A stretch of 64,000 nt of DNA, taken from positions 128,001 through 192,000 of the forward strand of contig JBJOMY010000004.1 of assembly GCA_046052125.1 (NCBI GenBank). Reading direction: 5' to 3'. Source of the stretch: Cyanobacteriota bacterium (lineage in GTDB: Bacteria; Cyanobacteriota; Cyanobacteriia; PCC-6307; Cyanobiaceae). Below the pieces are notes generated by a model. It did no database searches and was not told where the DNA came from. It saw only the letters and a list, made by a program, of their open reading frames with translations. Shown here one piece after another: positions 1 through 10,811 of the stretch (within the stretch, counting starts at the first letter, position 1; the number at the start of each line of letters is the position of its first letter). The translations under genes were made by a program, and so were the position numbers.

Positions 1-812
1 CCCTCAATGGAGGCAATCCCTATAAGCGCGCCCCTTGGAATGTGGTGGTGGGCTTTAGCGGTCAGGAAGTCACGCCGATGAATTTCAGCGGCAGCCTGAT
101 GCCCTATGGCATGAACACCAACAACTACAGCAATGGCAAAACGCAGGTGAAGGATGTCATCTGCATCGCTTACAACTGCGCTGAGAAGAACCAGCTGGTG
201 GGCCTGCGCGTGGCCGCCACCATGAACAACCTCAACGATCCGCGCAACCCCACCTCTGGCAATTTCATCAGCCTCGGCACGGAACAGTTTTTCTCTGTGG
301 GGCCTGATTCACCCAGCTTCAATCGCCTGCGCGCTAGCTACACCCACTACCTCCCGGTGAACTGGCTGAAGATCTTCAAAGGCTGCCGGCCCAAGCCCGG
401 TCAGAAAGAAGATTGCAAGCAGGCCCTGGCCTTCCAGGTGACCGCAGGAACCAACGTGGGCAACCTGCCCCCCTACGAAGCGTTCTGCCTCGGTGGCTCC
501 AACTCCGTTCGCGGCTACTACGACTGCGATCTGGGGGTGGGCAAGAGCTTCGGTGAGGCCACGCTCGAATACCGCTTCCCGATCTTCAGCATCATCAGCG
601 GTGAGGTGTTTGTGGATGGCGGCACCAGCTTCGGTAGCCAAGCCAATGTTCCTGGCAACCCTGGCGGGCTGCTTCTTAAACCTGGCGATGGTTTCTCTGT
701 GGGTACCGGTTTGATCGTGACCACTCCGGTTGGTCCGCTCCGCCTGGAAGTGGCCAGCCAAGACTTCACCGGTCAGTGGCGCTTCAACCTGGGTGTGGGT
801 TGGAAATTCTGA
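1..812 (+). CDS. bamA: BamA/Omp85 outer membrane protein assembly factor, C-terminal part (5' end outside the window)
   Basis: Frame is open from the window start; GGSNSVRGY motif, TPVGPLRLE and a C-terminal Phe (GWKF); precedes the lpxC-fabZ-lpxA-lpxB cluster. Confidence 0.92.
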   Translation, partial: LNGGNPYKRAPWNVVVGFSGQEVTPMNFSGSLMPYGMNTNNYSNGKTQVKDVICIAYNCAEKNQLVGLRVAATMNNLNDPRNPTSGNFISLGTEQFFSVGPDSPSFNRLRASYTHYLPVNWLKIFKGCRPKPGQKEDCKQALAFQVTAGTNVGNLPPYEAFCLGGSNSVRGYYDCDLGVGKSFGEATLEYRFPIFSIISGEVFVDGGTSFGSQANVPGNPGGLLLKPGDGFSVGTGLIVTTPVGPLRLEVASQDFTGQWRFNLGVGWKF

Positions 813-820
813 GCAACAGC

Positions 821-1663
821 GTGACGATCTGGCCCAGCGATTACTCCCAGGCTTGGACCCTGAATGCTCCGGTGGAGCGCTCGGGAGTTGGTCTGCATAG
901 CGGCGCCACGGCGCGTTTGCGTTTGGAGCCGTTTGAGCAGGCCGGCTATTGGGTGGGCTGGCTCGATGCGCCCGAGCTGCCGCTGCAGCAGTTGCATCCC
1001 TCCCAGGTTTGCGAAACCCAGTTGTGCACGGCTCTGCAGCTGGATCAGCGCCGGCTGGCCACGGTGGAACACCTGCTGGCCGCTCTGGCGGGGGTGGGAA
1101 TCACTTCCGCGCTGTTGCTGGTGGATGGGCCAGAGATTCCCTTGATGGATGGCTCTGCTCAGCCCTGGGTGGAGGCGATTGCCGAGGTGGGCTTGAAAAC
1201 GCTGGGGCCGCGGCCTCTGGCCTCCGCGTTATCGGCGCCGATCACCCTGCAGCACGGCCAGAGCTTCGTGACGGCTCTTCCCAGTGACCGCTTCAGGTTG
1301 GCGGCTGCGATCGAGTTTCCCCAGCCGGCCATCGGCCGCCAGTTGTTCAGCCTGGAACTCACGCCCGAGGCGTTTGTGGAGCAGATCGCTCCAGCGCGCA
1401 CGTTCGGGTTCAAGCAGCAGGTGGAGCAGTTACTGGCGGCTGGTCTGATCAGGGGCGGAGCGCTCGATAACGCTCTGGTGTGCGACGGCGATGGCTGGGT
1501 GAACCCCCCGCTGCGCTTTGCCGATGAACCGGTGCGCCATAAGCTCCTTGACCTACTGGGCGATCTCGCCCTGGCGGGTCTGCCTCAGGCTCAGGTGTTT
1601 GCCTTCCGTGGTTCCCACGGATTGCACACGGCCTTGGCTGCCGCCCTGGTTTCTTCCTCCTGA
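821..1663 (+). CDS. lpxC: UDP-3-O-acyl-N-acetylglucosamine deacetylase
   Basis: [25 protein letters not shown] and [13 protein letters not shown] motifs; GTG start at 821 chosen to avoid overlap with bamA. Confidence 0.95.
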   Translation: MTIWPSDYSQAWTLNAPVERSGVGLHSGATARLRLEPFEQAGYWVGWLDAPELPLQQLHPSQVCETQLCTALQLDQRRLATVEHLLAALAGVGITSALLLVDGPEIPLMDGSAQPWVEAIAEVGLKTLGPRPLASALSAPITLQHGQSFVTALPSDRFRLAAAIEFPQPAIGRQLFSLELTPEAFVEQIAPARTFGFKQQVEQLLAAGLIRGGALDNALVCDGDGWVNPPLRFADEPVRHKLLDLLGDLALAGLPQAQVFAFRGSHGLHTALAAALVSSS

Positions 1664-1668
1664 TTGCC

Positions 1669-2127
1669 TTGACCGCCTCCCCCACGCCATCGGCGCCTGT
1701 GCTCACCAGCGAGCAGATTCAGGGCTTGCTGCCGCATCGCTACCCCTTCGCGCTGGTGGATCGGGTGATCGAGCACGAGCCCGGCAAGCGGGCGGTGGCG
1801 ATCAAGAACGTGACCTTCAACGAACCCCAGTTCCAGGGGCATTTCCCCGGTCGGCCGCTGATGCCTGGGGTGCTGATTGTGGAAGCGATGGCCCAGGTGG
1901 GTGGCTTGATCGTGACCCAGATGCCCGACCTGCCCAAGGGGCTGTTCGTGTTCGCCGGCATCGATGGCGTGCGCTTCCGCCGTCCGGTGGTGCCAGGTGA
2001 TCAGCTGGTGATCAGCTGTGAGCTCCTGAGCCTCAAGCGCAAACGCTTTGGCAAGGTGAAAGCGGAAGCCACCGTGGATGGCGAACTGGTTTGCGCCGGA
2101 GAGCTGATGTTCTCCTTGGTGGACTGA
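1669..2127 (+). CDS. fabZ: 3-hydroxyacyl-ACP dehydratase
   Basis: [32 protein letters not shown]. Confidence 0.97.
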   Translation: MTASPTPSAPVLTSEQIQGLLPHRYPFALVDRVIEHEPGKRAVAIKNVTFNEPQFQGHFPGRPLMPGVLIVEAMAQVGGLIVTQMPDLPKGLFVFAGIDGVRFRRPVVPGDQLVISCELLSLKRKRFGKVKAEATVDGELVCAGELMFSLVD

Positions 2128-2136
2128 GCCGCTGCT

Positions 2137-2979
2137 GTGATGTCGTCTCTCGCCATGGAAGCCAGCACGGGCGAAACCAGAATCCACCCAACGGCGGTGG
2201 TGGATTCCCGCGCTCAGATCGATGCAGGGGTTGTGATCGGCCCCTATGCGGTGGTGGGCCCTGAGGTGTCGATCGGCGCCGGCAGCCGGATTGGTCCGCA
2301 CGTGGTGCTGGACGGCCGGGTGACCATGGGAAGCCGCAATCGCATCTTCCCGGGTGCGTGCATTGGCGCTGAACCCCAAGACCTCAAATACAACGGTGCC
2401 TCCACCGAGGTGGTGATCGGCGACGACAACGCCATCCGCGAGTGCGTGACCATCAACCGCGCCACCCACGACGGTGAACAAACACGGATCGGTAGCGGCA
2501 ATCTGTTGATGGCCTACAGCCATCTGGGCCACAACTGCCTGCTGGGGGATCGGATCGTGATCGCCAACGGCGTGGCTGTGGCCGGCCATGTGGTGATCGG
2601 GGACCGCGCCGTGATCGGCGGTGTGCTCGGGATCCACCAGTTCGTGCACATCGGCACGATGGCGATGGTGGGTGGCATGAGCCGCATCGATCGGGATGTG
2701 CCCCCCTACGCGATCGTGGAGGGTCATCCCGGCCGTTTGCGCGGGCTCAATCGCATCGGCATCAAACGCAGCGGGTTGGCGGAGCTTGATGGCGGTGCCC
2801 AGGCCAAGCAGTTGCAGCAGGTGTGGGCAGAGCTGTATCGCTCAGATGCCGTTCTGGCCGATGCTCTCCAACAGGTGCGGCGTCAAACCTTGCTCGCGCC
2901 AGCCGAAACCCTGGTGAGCTTCCTGGAGGCCTCGATCGGTCCCGGTCGCCGCGGTCCGCTGCCTGCCGGGCGTTCATGA
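2137..2979 (+). CDS. lpxA: UDP-N-acetylglucosamine acyltransferase
   Basis: Hexapeptide repeats, [22 protein letters not shown]; exact start uncertain. Confidence 0.95.
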   Translation: MMSSLAMEASTGETRIHPTAVVDSRAQIDAGVVIGPYAVVGPEVSIGAGSRIGPHVVLDGRVTMGSRNRIFPGACIGAEPQDLKYNGASTEVVIGDDNAIRECVTINRATHDGEQTRIGSGNLLMAYSHLGHNCLLGDRIVIANGVAVAGHVVIGDRAVIGGVLGIHQFVHIGTMAMVGGMSRIDRDVPPYAIVEGHPGRLRGLNRIGIKRSGLAELDGGAQAKQLQQVWAELYRSDAVLADALQQVRRQTLLAPAETLVSFLEASIGPGRRGPLPAGRS

Positions 2980-4166
2980 GGCGTCTGCTGATCAGCACCG
3001 GTGAGGTATCCGGTGATCTGCAGGGCGGTCTGCTGGTGGCCGCTCTGCGCAAGGAAGCCGATCGGCGCCAACTGCCGCTGGAGATCAGTGCCCTCGGTGG
3101 TGAGCGGATGCGCCAGGCCGGCGCCGCGCTGTTGGCCAACACCACTCCCATGGGCTCGATCGGCTTGTGGGAGGCTCTGCCACTGGTGGTGCCCACCCTG
3201 CGGGTGCAGCGGCGTGTGGGGCGCTGGCTGAAGCGCACGCCCCCCGATGCGGTGGTGTTGATCGATTACATGGGCGCCAATGTGGGCCTTGGCCTGAAGG
3301 TGAAGCGCAGGCTGCCCCAGGTGCCGATCTTCTATTACATCGCCCCTCAGGAGTGGGCGTTCCGGGTGGGCGAGGGCAGCTCCACCCGGCTGATTGGCTT
3401 CACCGATCGAATCCTGGCGATCTTTCCCGAGGAGGCCCGGTTCTACGGGGCCAGGGGCGCCCAGGTCACCTGGGTGGGCCATCCCTTGCTCGACACGCTC
3501 GTCGATCTGCCGAGTCGGGATGCGGCAAGGGCTCAGCTGGGTTTGCAGCCCCATGAGCGTTTGCTGCTGCTCTTCCCTGCCTCCCGTCAGCAGGAACTGC
3601 ACTATCTGCTGCCGCCCTTGGCTGCTGCGGCCGCCGAACTCCAGCGCCGTTGCCCGGGCTTGCGGGTGATGGTGCCGGCAGGGCAGGCCGCGTTTGAGTC
3701 GGTGCTTGCCCAGATGCTGGAGGCCGCTGGCGTGCAGGCCGAGGTGGTGCCAGCCGCCCAGGCGGATCAGCTGCGGCCCGCGCTCTGCGCTGCGGCGGAT
3801 CTGGCGCTGAACAAATCCGGCACGGTGAATCTGGAACTGGCCCTGCGGGGCGTGCCCCAGGTGGTGGCCTATCGGGTGAGCAGGCCCACCGCCTGGGTGG
3901 CGAAGCATCTGCTCAACTTCCAGGTGGATCACATCTCTCCGGTGAATCTGGTGCTGCAGGAGCGGCTCGTGCCCGAGTTGCTGCAGGACCAGCTCACCGC
4001 CGAGGCGGTGGTGCACGAAGCTCTGCCTCTGCTCAGCGACCCAGCCGCGCGTCAACGGGTGGTCGAGGGCTACCAGCGCCTGCGGCAAGCCCTTGGTGAG
4101 CCCGGCGTCACCCAACGGGCGGCGGCTGCCATCCTGGACGCTCTGCCGAACGCCGACTCCGCTTGA
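2976..4166 (+). CDS. lpxB: Lipid-A-disaccharide synthase
   Basis: [32 protein letters not shown] overlap with the lpxA stop. Confidence 0.95.
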   Translation: MRRLLISTGEVSGDLQGGLLVAALRKEADRRQLPLEISALGGERMRQAGAALLANTTPMGSIGLWEALPLVVPTLRVQRRVGRWLKRTPPDAVVLIDYMGANVGLGLKVKRRLPQVPIFYYIAPQEWAFRVGEGSSTRLIGFTDRILAIFPEEARFYGARGAQVTWVGHPLLDTLVDLPSRDAARAQLGLQPHERLLLLFPASRQQELHYLLPPLAAAAAELQRRCPGLRVMVPAGQAAFESVLAQMLEAAGVQAEVVPAAQADQLRPALCAAADLALNKSGTVNLELALRGVPQVVAYRVSRPTAWVAKHLLNFQVDHISPVNLVLQERLVPELLQDQLTAEAVVHEALPLLSDPAARQRVVEGYQRLRQALGEPGVTQRAAAAILDALPNADSA

Positions 4167-4789
4167 TCAAGCGAGCCCTGCCCCTGCTGCTAGCCGTTGT
4201 GCTGCTCCTAGCGGGACCAGCCCACGCCGCCGTGGAGGAAGCCGTGCTGGCTGGCGGCTGCTTCTGGTGCCTGGAGCACGATCTCGAAAAGCTGCCCGGG
4301 GTGCTCGATGCCGAAAGCGGCTACAGCGGTGGAAGCCTTCGAAACCCCACCTACCGCCAGGTGAGCGCGGGTGGCACAGGGCATCAGGAAGCGGTGCGGG
4401 TGCGTTTTGATCTCTCCAAGATCAGCTATCCCACCTTGTTGCGGGCCTACTGGCGCAATGTGGACGCCCTCGATGGAGGCGGACAGTTTTGCGATCGCGG
4501 CAGTTCCTATCGCCCGGTGATTTTCACGAGCGGCAAGGAGCAGCAACAGCAAGCCAAAGCCAGTCTCCAGGCGGCCGCCAAGGAGCTGAAGCAGCCAGCC
4601 TCATCGATTCGGGTTCAGATCAAACCGCTCGAGCGCTTCTGGTCGGCCGAGGGCTATCACCAGGATTACGCCGAGCTCAACAGCGTGAAATACCGCTACT
4701 ACCGCTGGGCCTGCGGCCGGGATCGGCGCCTGGATCAGCTTTGGGGTTCTAAGGCCCGCAGCCGCGCTCCCTGGGTGTCGTCTTCCTGA
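4163..4789 (+). CDS. msrA: Peptide-methionine (S)-S-oxide reductase with N-terminal signal peptide
   Basis: GGCFWC active site and AEGYHQDY; hydrophobic leader ending in AHA. Confidence 0.93.
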   Translation: MIKRALPLLLAVVLLLAGPAHAAVEEAVLAGGCFWCLEHDLEKLPGVLDAESGYSGGSLRNPTYRQVSAGGTGHQEAVRVRFDLSKISYPTLLRAYWRNVDALDGGGQFCDRGSSYRPVIFTSGKEQQQQAKASLQAAAKELKQPASSIRVQIKPLERFWSAEGYHQDYAELNSVKYRYYRWACGRDRRLDQLWGSKARSRAPWVSSS

Positions 4790-4945
4790 CCCAATCAGAC
4801 ACAGCCCTCCTTGGTCAATTCGGAGGAAATGCTGAAGCCCCTGGTGGGCCCTTTTGGTTCTTTTTGAGTGGTGGAGCGGGTTTCCGCCCTTTTTCCTCTT
4901 AGGAGAGTCTCCTAGCTTTTATCGGACTCGAATGCAGGTGTGTGT

Positions 4946-5137
4946 ATGTATCTGCTGACGATTCGCGATGGTCTCGTGACCCGTCACATCGGCCCCTATG
5001 AGAGCCCGAAGCAGGCATCAGACGATCTGGATCGCTTGCTGCAGCACTTTGGTGAGCGTGCTCGCTGGCAGATCCATGCCCTAGAGGCTCCGCGGGACGT
5101 GATGCAAAGCAGCGACCGCATCGCCGCTGCGGCCTGA
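4946..5137 (+). CDS. Small hypothetical protein
   Basis: 63-aa ORF (MYLLTIRDGLVTRHIGPY...) in an otherwise unoccupied interval, preceded by an AT-richer promoter-like region. Confidence 0.65.
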   Translation: MYLLTIRDGLVTRHIGPYESPKQASDDLDRLLQHFGERARWQIHALEAPRDVMQSSDRIAAAA

Positions 5138-5149
5138 GGGCTCAGCGGT

Positions 5150-5395
5150 TCAGGCCTTGGGTTCGCGCTGTTGCCCGGGGTAGCCGCGCAACAGGCCGCT
5201 TTCCACCATCAGGCCCACACCGGCAACGATGGCCACCAGGCTGAGGGTGCCGTACCAGAACCAGGGGCCATGCGGTTGCCCCATGGCCTGCAGGGTGCGG
5301 CGCTGCACGGCCTCTCCGAATAGGCACAGTCCGGCGGGCAGCAGCAGCACGCCGATCTGAGCCTTCACGAACCAGCGGATCTTGCGAACGGCCAT
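5150..5395 (-). CDS. Small two-TM membrane protein
   Basis: 81 aa with two hydrophobic segments; co-oriented downstream of pepA. Confidence 0.7.
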   Translation of the reverse strand: MAVRKIRWFVKAQIGVLLLPAGLCLFGEAVQRRTLQAMGQPHGPWFWYGTLSLVAIVAGVGLMVESGLLRGYPGQQREPKA

Positions 5396-5428
5396 GACGT
5401 CGAGCTGGAACGGTCGTGAGCAGCCAGC

Positions 5429-6919
5429 CTAGGCGGGGCCTCCGGCTTGCACCCAGTTCACCAGGGTGCGCACGCCATAGCCAGTGGCGCCGGCGGGATC
5501 GAGGCCTCGCCCCTTGTCGCTCCACACGGTGCCGGCGATGTCCATGTGGGCCCAGGCCACATCGGCATTCACGAAATCCTGAAGGAACAGCGCCGCGGTG
5601 ATCGAGCCGCCGGGGCGGGGACCGGTGTTCTTCATGTCGGCCAGGCCGCTCTTCAATCCCTCGCGGTAGGAGGCCCGCAGGGGCATGCGCCAGAGGTTCT
5701 CGCCCCCTTGCTCCCCTGCCTGCAGCAGTGCTTCGGCCAGGCCATCGCAGGGGGACCAGAGGCCGGCGATCTCTTCGCCAAGCGCGATCACGCAGGCGCC
5801 GGTGAGGGTGGCCAGATCCACCACCGCGTCGGGTTCGAGCTTGCAGGCGTACACCAGCGCATCAGCCAGGGTGAGACGGCCTTCTGCATCGGTGTTGTTG
5901 ATCTCGATCGTCTTGCCGTTGGAGGCCTTCACGATCGCCCCGGGGTGAATGGCGCCGCCGCTGATCATGTTTTCGCAGGCGGCCACGATCATGTGCACCT
6001 CCACGCCGGCGGGTTTCAGCTCGGCGATGGCCCGCATGGCACCCAGCACCGCTGCGCTGCCGCCCATGTCGTACTTCATCATCTCGATCTGCGAGCCGGC
6101 GGTTTTGAGGTTGTAGCCGCCGGAATCGAAGGTGAGCCCCTTGCCCACCAGCACCAGCCGGCGGTTCGCGACGCTCGCGGGTCGGTAGGTGAGGTGGATG
6201 AATTTCGGAGGTAAGTCCGATCCCTGGGCCACCGCCAGGTAGGAGCCCATCCCGAGCGCTTCACACTCGGCGCGCTCCAGCACCTTCAGTTCGAGTCCGA
6301 ACTCGCGAGCGATGGTGGCCGCGGTGTCAGCCAGGGCGGCTGGTGTCATCACATTGGGCGGCGCCGCCACCAGCTCCCTGGCCAGCTCCACACCGCTGCA
6401 CACGGCTTGGCTGTTGGCGATCGCTCCATGGGCGGTGTCCGGCAGGCCCAGCAGGTCCACCTGTTGGGGGCAAGGCTTCGGATCGGCTTCGCTCTTGAAG
6501 CGTTGATCGGCGTAGAGGCTGAGGCGCACCGCCTCGGCCATGGCGGTGGCTGCACTGGCAGGGTCGAGCCCCTCCACGGGCATCGCTAGTCCCAGTTGCT
6601 GGGCACCCGCCGCCGCCGCGGCCTTGCTCGCGGTTGCTGTGGCGCTGCGCAGCTGTTCAGGGCCGAAATCGGCCGGGGCACCCAGGCCCACCACCACCAG
6701 CAGGCTGGGGCTCTGGCCGAGCAGATCGATGCTCAGGCACTCGCCCGGTTTGGCTTTGAAACGCCGTTGCTCCAGCCGCTCGGCCACGGCAGCACCGAAG
6801 CGTTCGGTTAAGGCACGGCGGCTCGATTCAGCGGCTTCGCCGCCGAACAGGCCCACCGCCAGGGCCTCGCCGCTCCAGCTGCTGAGGCTGGCTGTGCTGC
6901 AGCGGATTTCGGCGGGCAT
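5429..6919 (-). CDS. pepA: Leucyl aminopeptidase (M17)
   Basis: VGKGLTFDSGG, MKYDMGG, NTDAEGRL, DLATLTGA. Confidence 0.96.
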   Translation of the reverse strand: MPAEIRCSTASLSSWSGEALAVGLFGGEAAESSRRALTERFGAAVAERLEQRRFKAKPGECLSIDLLGQSPSLLVVVGLGAPADFGPEQLRSATATASKAAAAAGAQQLGLAMPVEGLDPASAATAMAEAVRLSLYADQRFKSEADPKPCPQQVDLLGLPDTAHGAIANSQAVCSGVELARELVAAPPNVMTPAALADTAATIAREFGLELKVLERAECEALGMGSYLAVAQGSDLPPKFIHLTYRPASVANRRLVLVGKGLTFDSGGYNLKTAGSQIEMMKYDMGGSAAVLGAMRAIAELKPAGVEVHMIVAACENMISGGAIHPGAIVKASNGKTIEINNTDAEGRLTLADALVYACKLEPDAVVDLATLTGACVIALGEEIAGLWSPCDGLAEALLQAGEQGGENLWRMPLRASYREGLKSGLADMKNTGPRPGGSITAALFLQDFVNADVAWAHMDIAGTVWSDKGRGLDPAGATGYGVRTLVNWVQAGGPA

Positions 6920-6953
6920 CTCGGCGGTTCAGCTGGCCGCGATGGTAGAGCGA

Positions 6954-7574
6954 TCAGTCGGGATCAGCGGTGAAGGGGGTGGCCCAGCGCCCGCGGGTTT
7001 CCTTGTTGAAAGGCGGTAGCCAGTGGCGGATCAGTGCCTGCTCCAGGGCCCGCCGCTCCCGTACAGGCTCGGGCGCATCACTCCAGAAGCGGATGCTCAG
7101 CTGGCTGCCCATCCCCACCTGCTGCAGGGCTTCCCCGTAGGCCGCCAGGTAGCTCTTGCAGTCGTGCTCCCCTTTCCAGCGCCGATCGGCCTGGGCGGTT
7201 TCGCCCACGTAGAGCAGCAGGTGGCCGGAAAGGTGGGGCGGCCGATCAAGCACGAAGTAGAGCGCCGCTCCGCTGTTGGCTGCTTCCGGCCAACGCCAGA
7301 ACTGCAAGTGCTGGGGGGCGAGGGCCAGGGGATCCAGGCGCTGCGCGGTGGCTGCTGCTCCGACCACCGCTCCACCAAACAGATCCATCTGGCCGGCGGA
7401 GAGAATGCGCGCTTCGGCGGCCCCAGCAAAGCGGGGTTGTTGAAACTCCAGCAGCCGTTGCTGCCACTCGCGCAGCTGATGCTCCTGAAGGGGTAGCGCT
7501 TCAGGGCCAAGGGCACCGGCCCCGATCGTGCTTCTGAATAGATCCCCTTGCCGGGGCGTGTTGCGCTCGGCCAT
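6954..7574 (-). CDS. GIY-YIG nuclease family protein
   Basis: ALYFVLD...LLYVGET resembles the GIY-YIG motif; ALEQALI and PPFNKE near the C-terminus; ATG at 7574. Confidence 0.7.
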   Translation of the reverse strand: MAERNTPRQGDLFRSTIGAGALGPEALPLQEHQLREWQQRLLEFQQPRFAGAAEARILSAGQMDLFGGAVVGAAATAQRLDPLALAPQHLQFWRWPEAANSGAALYFVLDRPPHLSGHLLLYVGETAQADRRWKGEHDCKSYLAAYGEALQQVGMGSQLSIRFWSDAPEPVRERRALEQALIRHWLPPFNKETRGRWATPFTADPD

Positions 7575-7578
7575 CGCT

Positions 7579-8271
7579 TCAGGCTGAGCGCGGCAATTGC
7601 GGCCCGGCAGGTCCCTGGCCAAAGCGCACCTTGCCGATGAGCTCTTCCACCAGCGCCGGAGGCAGTTGCAGGCGGTGTTGCAGATCGGCCAGATCGCTGA
7701 AGGGAGCCCGCTGGCGCTCCCGCAGCAGCCGGGCCCGCCGTGGGCCATCGAGCTGGGGGAGCTGGCGCTCCAGCGCGGCGGGACTGGCGTGATTCAGATC
7801 GAGTTGGCTGCGGGAGGGCGCTGGTGGCGCGCCATCGCCGTACCAACGAAACAGCAATAAGGGCTCCCAGGCCTCCACCTGCTGCTGGGGCAACTCGAGC
7901 AGCCGTTGCAGATCCTCCGGGCCGCTCAGTTGAACGCCGCCCTGTTGGAGCCTGAGCAGCAGATCCACCTGGTTGGCCGTGATGCCCGGCAGCCTCAACC
8001 AGTCGGCGGCGCTGGCTCGGTTCACATCCAGCCGCCAGCCCAGGGCTGCCGCGTGCTGCACCTCGGCCGGATTGTGCAGGCGCCGATCCGGATCGTGCCG
8101 CAGCTTTAGCTCCAGTAGATCGCGCTCCACAGCAGCGTTCATCTCCGCCGCCTGGGGCTCACTGACGGCTGGGCCAGTGGTCGCAGCGCTGGATTTCCGT
8201 TGCCTCGGCAGCTGCCCGGTGGCCTCCAGCAGGCTGCGGGCGAGTGGATCCAACCAGTGGCCCCGGGCCAT
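7579..8271 (-). CDS. ComEA-like helix-hairpin-helix protein
   Basis: LDVNRASAADWLRLPGI and LDLNHAS repeats; ATG at 8271. Confidence 0.8.
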   Translation of the reverse strand: MARGHWLDPLARSLLEATGQLPRQRKSSAATTGPAVSEPQAAEMNAAVERDLLELKLRHDPDRRLHNPAEVQHAAALGWRLDVNRASAADWLRLPGITANQVDLLLRLQQGGVQLSGPEDLQRLLELPQQQVEAWEPLLLFRWYGDGAPPAPSRSQLDLNHASPAALERQLPQLDGPRRARLLRERQRAPFSDLADLQHRLQLPPALVEELIGKVRFGQGPAGPQLPRSA

Positions 8272-8303
8272 GGAGGCGAAGGCGCTGCAGATGTCGCCCG
8301 ACC

Positions 8304-9014
8304 TTAACGATCTTCCGGCCAGTCCACCAAACCGAGGCGGATGCCTTTCACGGCGGCATGGAGGCGGCTGCGGGCCGGAAGTTTGCGCCGGATCTGAGCG
8401 ATGTGGCTTTTCACCGTTTCGATGCTGATGAAGAGGGCAGCGGCGATCTCCTGATTCGAGGCATTGCCAGCCAGCAGCTGCAGCACCTCCACCTCCCGAT
8501 CCGTGAGCTGCGCCAGGGGGGCGTCGCCCAGGCCCGCATAACCCTGGAGGTACTGGTCCATCAGACCCTTCTCCACATAGGCCGCCCCCTGGGCCACCAC
8601 CTGCAGGGCTCTCACTACCGTGCCGCGACCAATCTCGGATTCCAGGCAGATGCCGTCGCAGCCGGCTTCCAGGGCTCGGCGGATCGTGATCAGCCGCCGC
8701 GGCTGGGTCACCACCATCAGCGTGCAGGGGGCTGGATTGAGCTGTTTGGCGGCCTCCACCAGCGATCCACCATGGCCCTGCTCGAGGCGGTCGGTGCACA
8801 GCAGCACCGTGCCGCTGTGCTTTTTCAGTCGCTTGAGTGCTTCGGCTTCGGTGGTGCAGGCCCCCACCAGCTGCTGCCCTGGTTGCAAGCAACTGATGAA
8901 CAGGCTCAGGGCCATGCGGCTGCCCAAGCAGACCACCACGCGATGGGGTTCCAGCAGATCGCTGCCGCTGCTCACGAAACCGCGCACCTCCTCAATCAGG
9001 GGGGTGTAATCCAC
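8304..9014 (-). CDS. LuxR/NarL-family response regulator with atypical receiver domain
   Basis: C-terminal LTDREVEVLQLL...SNQEIAAALFISIETVKSH helix-turn-helix. Confidence 0.88.
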   Translation of the reverse strand: MDYTPLIEEVRGFVSSGSDLLEPHRVVVCLGSRMALSLFISCLQPGQQLVGACTTEAEALKRLKKHSGTVLLCTDRLEQGHGGSLVEAAKQLNPAPCTLMVVTQPRRLITIRRALEAGCDGICLESEIGRGTVVRALQVVAQGAAYVEKGLMDQYLQGYAGLGDAPLAQLTDREVEVLQLLAGNASNQEIAAALFISIETVKSHIAQIRRKLPARSRLHAAVKGIRLGLVDWPEDR

Positions 9015-9159
9015 GGTTCGATTCCGCTCGCTTCACTTCCACTCTGCGCAGAGCGGCTCGGGACGTCAGCTGCAGCCTGGAGCACAGATACGTGGATCCG
9101 CACTCGTCAGCCCAGGAGCGTCTCAGCACAATTATTCGAATCGCTTGGGCCTGTTCGCC

Positions 9160-9483
9160 GTGGCTTTCTTCGACTCCGAGATCGTTCAGGACGAAGCCAA
9201 GCGCCTCTTTGGCGATTACCAGCAGCTGATGCAGCTGGGCGGTGAATACGGCAAGTTCGATCGTGAGGGGAAAAAGCTGTTCATCGAGCGCATGGAGGAG
9301 CTGATGGACCGCTACCGGGTGTTCATGAAGCGATTTGAGCTCTCGGAAGATTTCCAGGCCAAGCTCACCGTGGAGCAATTGCGCACCCAGCTCGGGCAGT
9401 TCGGCATGACCCCCGAGCAGATGTTCGAGCAGATGCACCGCACCCTTGAACGGATGAAGAGCGAACTGGAGAAGGAGGGCTGA
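9160..9483 (+). CDS. DUF1825-like conserved cyanobacterial protein
   Basis: [17 protein letters not shown]...KFDREGK...FELSEDF pattern. Confidence 0.8.
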   Translation: MAFFDSEIVQDEAKRLFGDYQQLMQLGGEYGKFDREGKKLFIERMEELMDRYRVFMKRFELSEDFQAKLTVEQLRTQLGQFGMTPEQMFEQMHRTLERMKSELEKEG

Positions 9484-9526
9484 AGCGCCCACTGCCTACG
9501 ATCCGGCCCTGAACAGCACTGCAGCA

Positions 9527-10798
9527 ATGGCCAAGGGCGCGTGGGGATTGCCGCAGTGGCTCGAGCGGGGTGTGGCCGACCTGTTTCCGGCCGGTGTTGC
9601 AGAGGGAGCCGCGCAGGATCCCGATCAGCAGTTGGCAGCGCGCCTAGTTGAGGCCGAACGCAACGGCCGCCCGCTGCGGATCAAGCTCGGCATCGATCCC
9701 ACCGGCTCGGATATCCATCTGGGCCACTCGATCCTGTTCCGCAAGTTGCGGGCCTTTCAGGATGCGGGCCACACGGCCGTCCTGATCATTGGCGATTTCA
9801 CCGCGCGAATCGGCGATCCCACCGGCAAAAGTGCCACCCGCGTGCAGCTCAGTGAAGCGGAGGTGGAGGCCAATGCCCGCACCTATCTGCAGCAGCTCGG
9901 CCAGGGCCAGGACCCTGGCTATGCCCTGCTCGATTTTGAAACCCCCGGTCGCCTCGAGGTGCGCCGCAACAGCGAGTGGCTTGCGGCTCTGGATCTGCCG
10001 AAGGTGATTGAGCTGCTCGGCATCTCCACCGTGGGCCAGATGCTCGCCAAGGAGGATTTTGCCAACCGCTACGGCTCCGGCACCCCGATCTCCCTGCACG
10101 AATTCCTTTATCCGCTGCTGCAGGGATACGACTCAGTGGCGATCCAGGCGGATCTCGAGCTGGGCGGCACCGATCAGAAGTTCAACGTGGCGATGGGCCG
10201 CGATCTGCAGCGCCATTTCGGCCAGCGCACCCAGTTCGGAATGCTGTTGCCGATCCTGCCGGGCCTCGATGGGGTGCAGAAGATGAGCAAGAGCCTCGGC
10301 AACACCGTGGGCCTCTCGGAGGATCCTCTCTCGATGTATTCGAAGCTCGAGAAGGTGCCTGATGCTGCGGTGGAGGAGTACCTCACCCTGCTCACCGATC
10401 TCGATCTCACGGCCCTGCCGGCCAACCCGCGCGAGCGCCAGAAGGCGATGGCCTTGGAGGTGACGCGGCAGCGCCACGGCCAGGCGGCCGCCCTTCAGGC
10501 CCAAGCCGATGCCGGCAAGTTGGTGGGCGGTGCCAGCGGCAGCGGCGCCGCTGATGCGGAGGTGCCCGAAGCCTCCCTGGCGGCGGTGAACTTCCCCGCG
10601 AAGGCCTTCTATCTGCTGAGCGCCGTGGGCATCTGCGCCAGCAGCAGTGATGCACGCCGCCAGATCCAGGGCGGTGGCGTGAAGCTCGATGGGGAGAAGC
10701 TCAGCGATCCCAACCAGGAATTCAGCGCCGCCACTGAGCTGGAGGGCAAGGTGTTGCAGCTGGGCAAAAAAACCTTCCGCCGCCTCGTGGCGGGTTAG
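9527..10798 (+). CDS. tyrS: Tyrosine--tRNA ligase
   Basis: [27 protein letters not shown]-terminal S4 domain. Confidence 0.97.
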   Translation: MAKGAWGLPQWLERGVADLFPAGVAEGAAQDPDQQLAARLVEAERNGRPLRIKLGIDPTGSDIHLGHSILFRKLRAFQDAGHTAVLIIGDFTARIGDPTGKSATRVQLSEAEVEANARTYLQQLGQGQDPGYALLDFETPGRLEVRRNSEWLAALDLPKVIELLGISTVGQMLAKEDFANRYGSGTPISLHEFLYPLLQGYDSVAIQADLELGGTDQKFNVAMGRDLQRHFGQRTQFGMLLPILPGLDGVQKMSKSLGNTVGLSEDPLSMYSKLEKVPDAAVEEYLTLLTDLDLTALPANPRERQKAMALEVTRQRHGQAAALQAQADAGKLVGGASGSGAADAEVPEASLAAVNFPAKAFYLLSAVGICASSSDARRQIQGGGVKLDGEKLSDPNQEFSAATELEGKVLQLGKKTFRRLVAG

Positions 10799-10811
10799 GC
10801 GCTGCGGCCAG

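Noticed and set aside
4491..4498. HIP1 octamer GCGATCGC (also at 28741 and a few other places)
   Set aside because: It is a known cyanobacterial motif with only scattered copies here. Enrichment over high-GC background cannot be claimed without a count.
9015..9025. GGTTCGATTCC, resembling a tRNA T-loop or att remnant
   Set aside because: Only a 3-bp T-stem can form, with no acceptor, D or anticodon arms and no integrase nearby.
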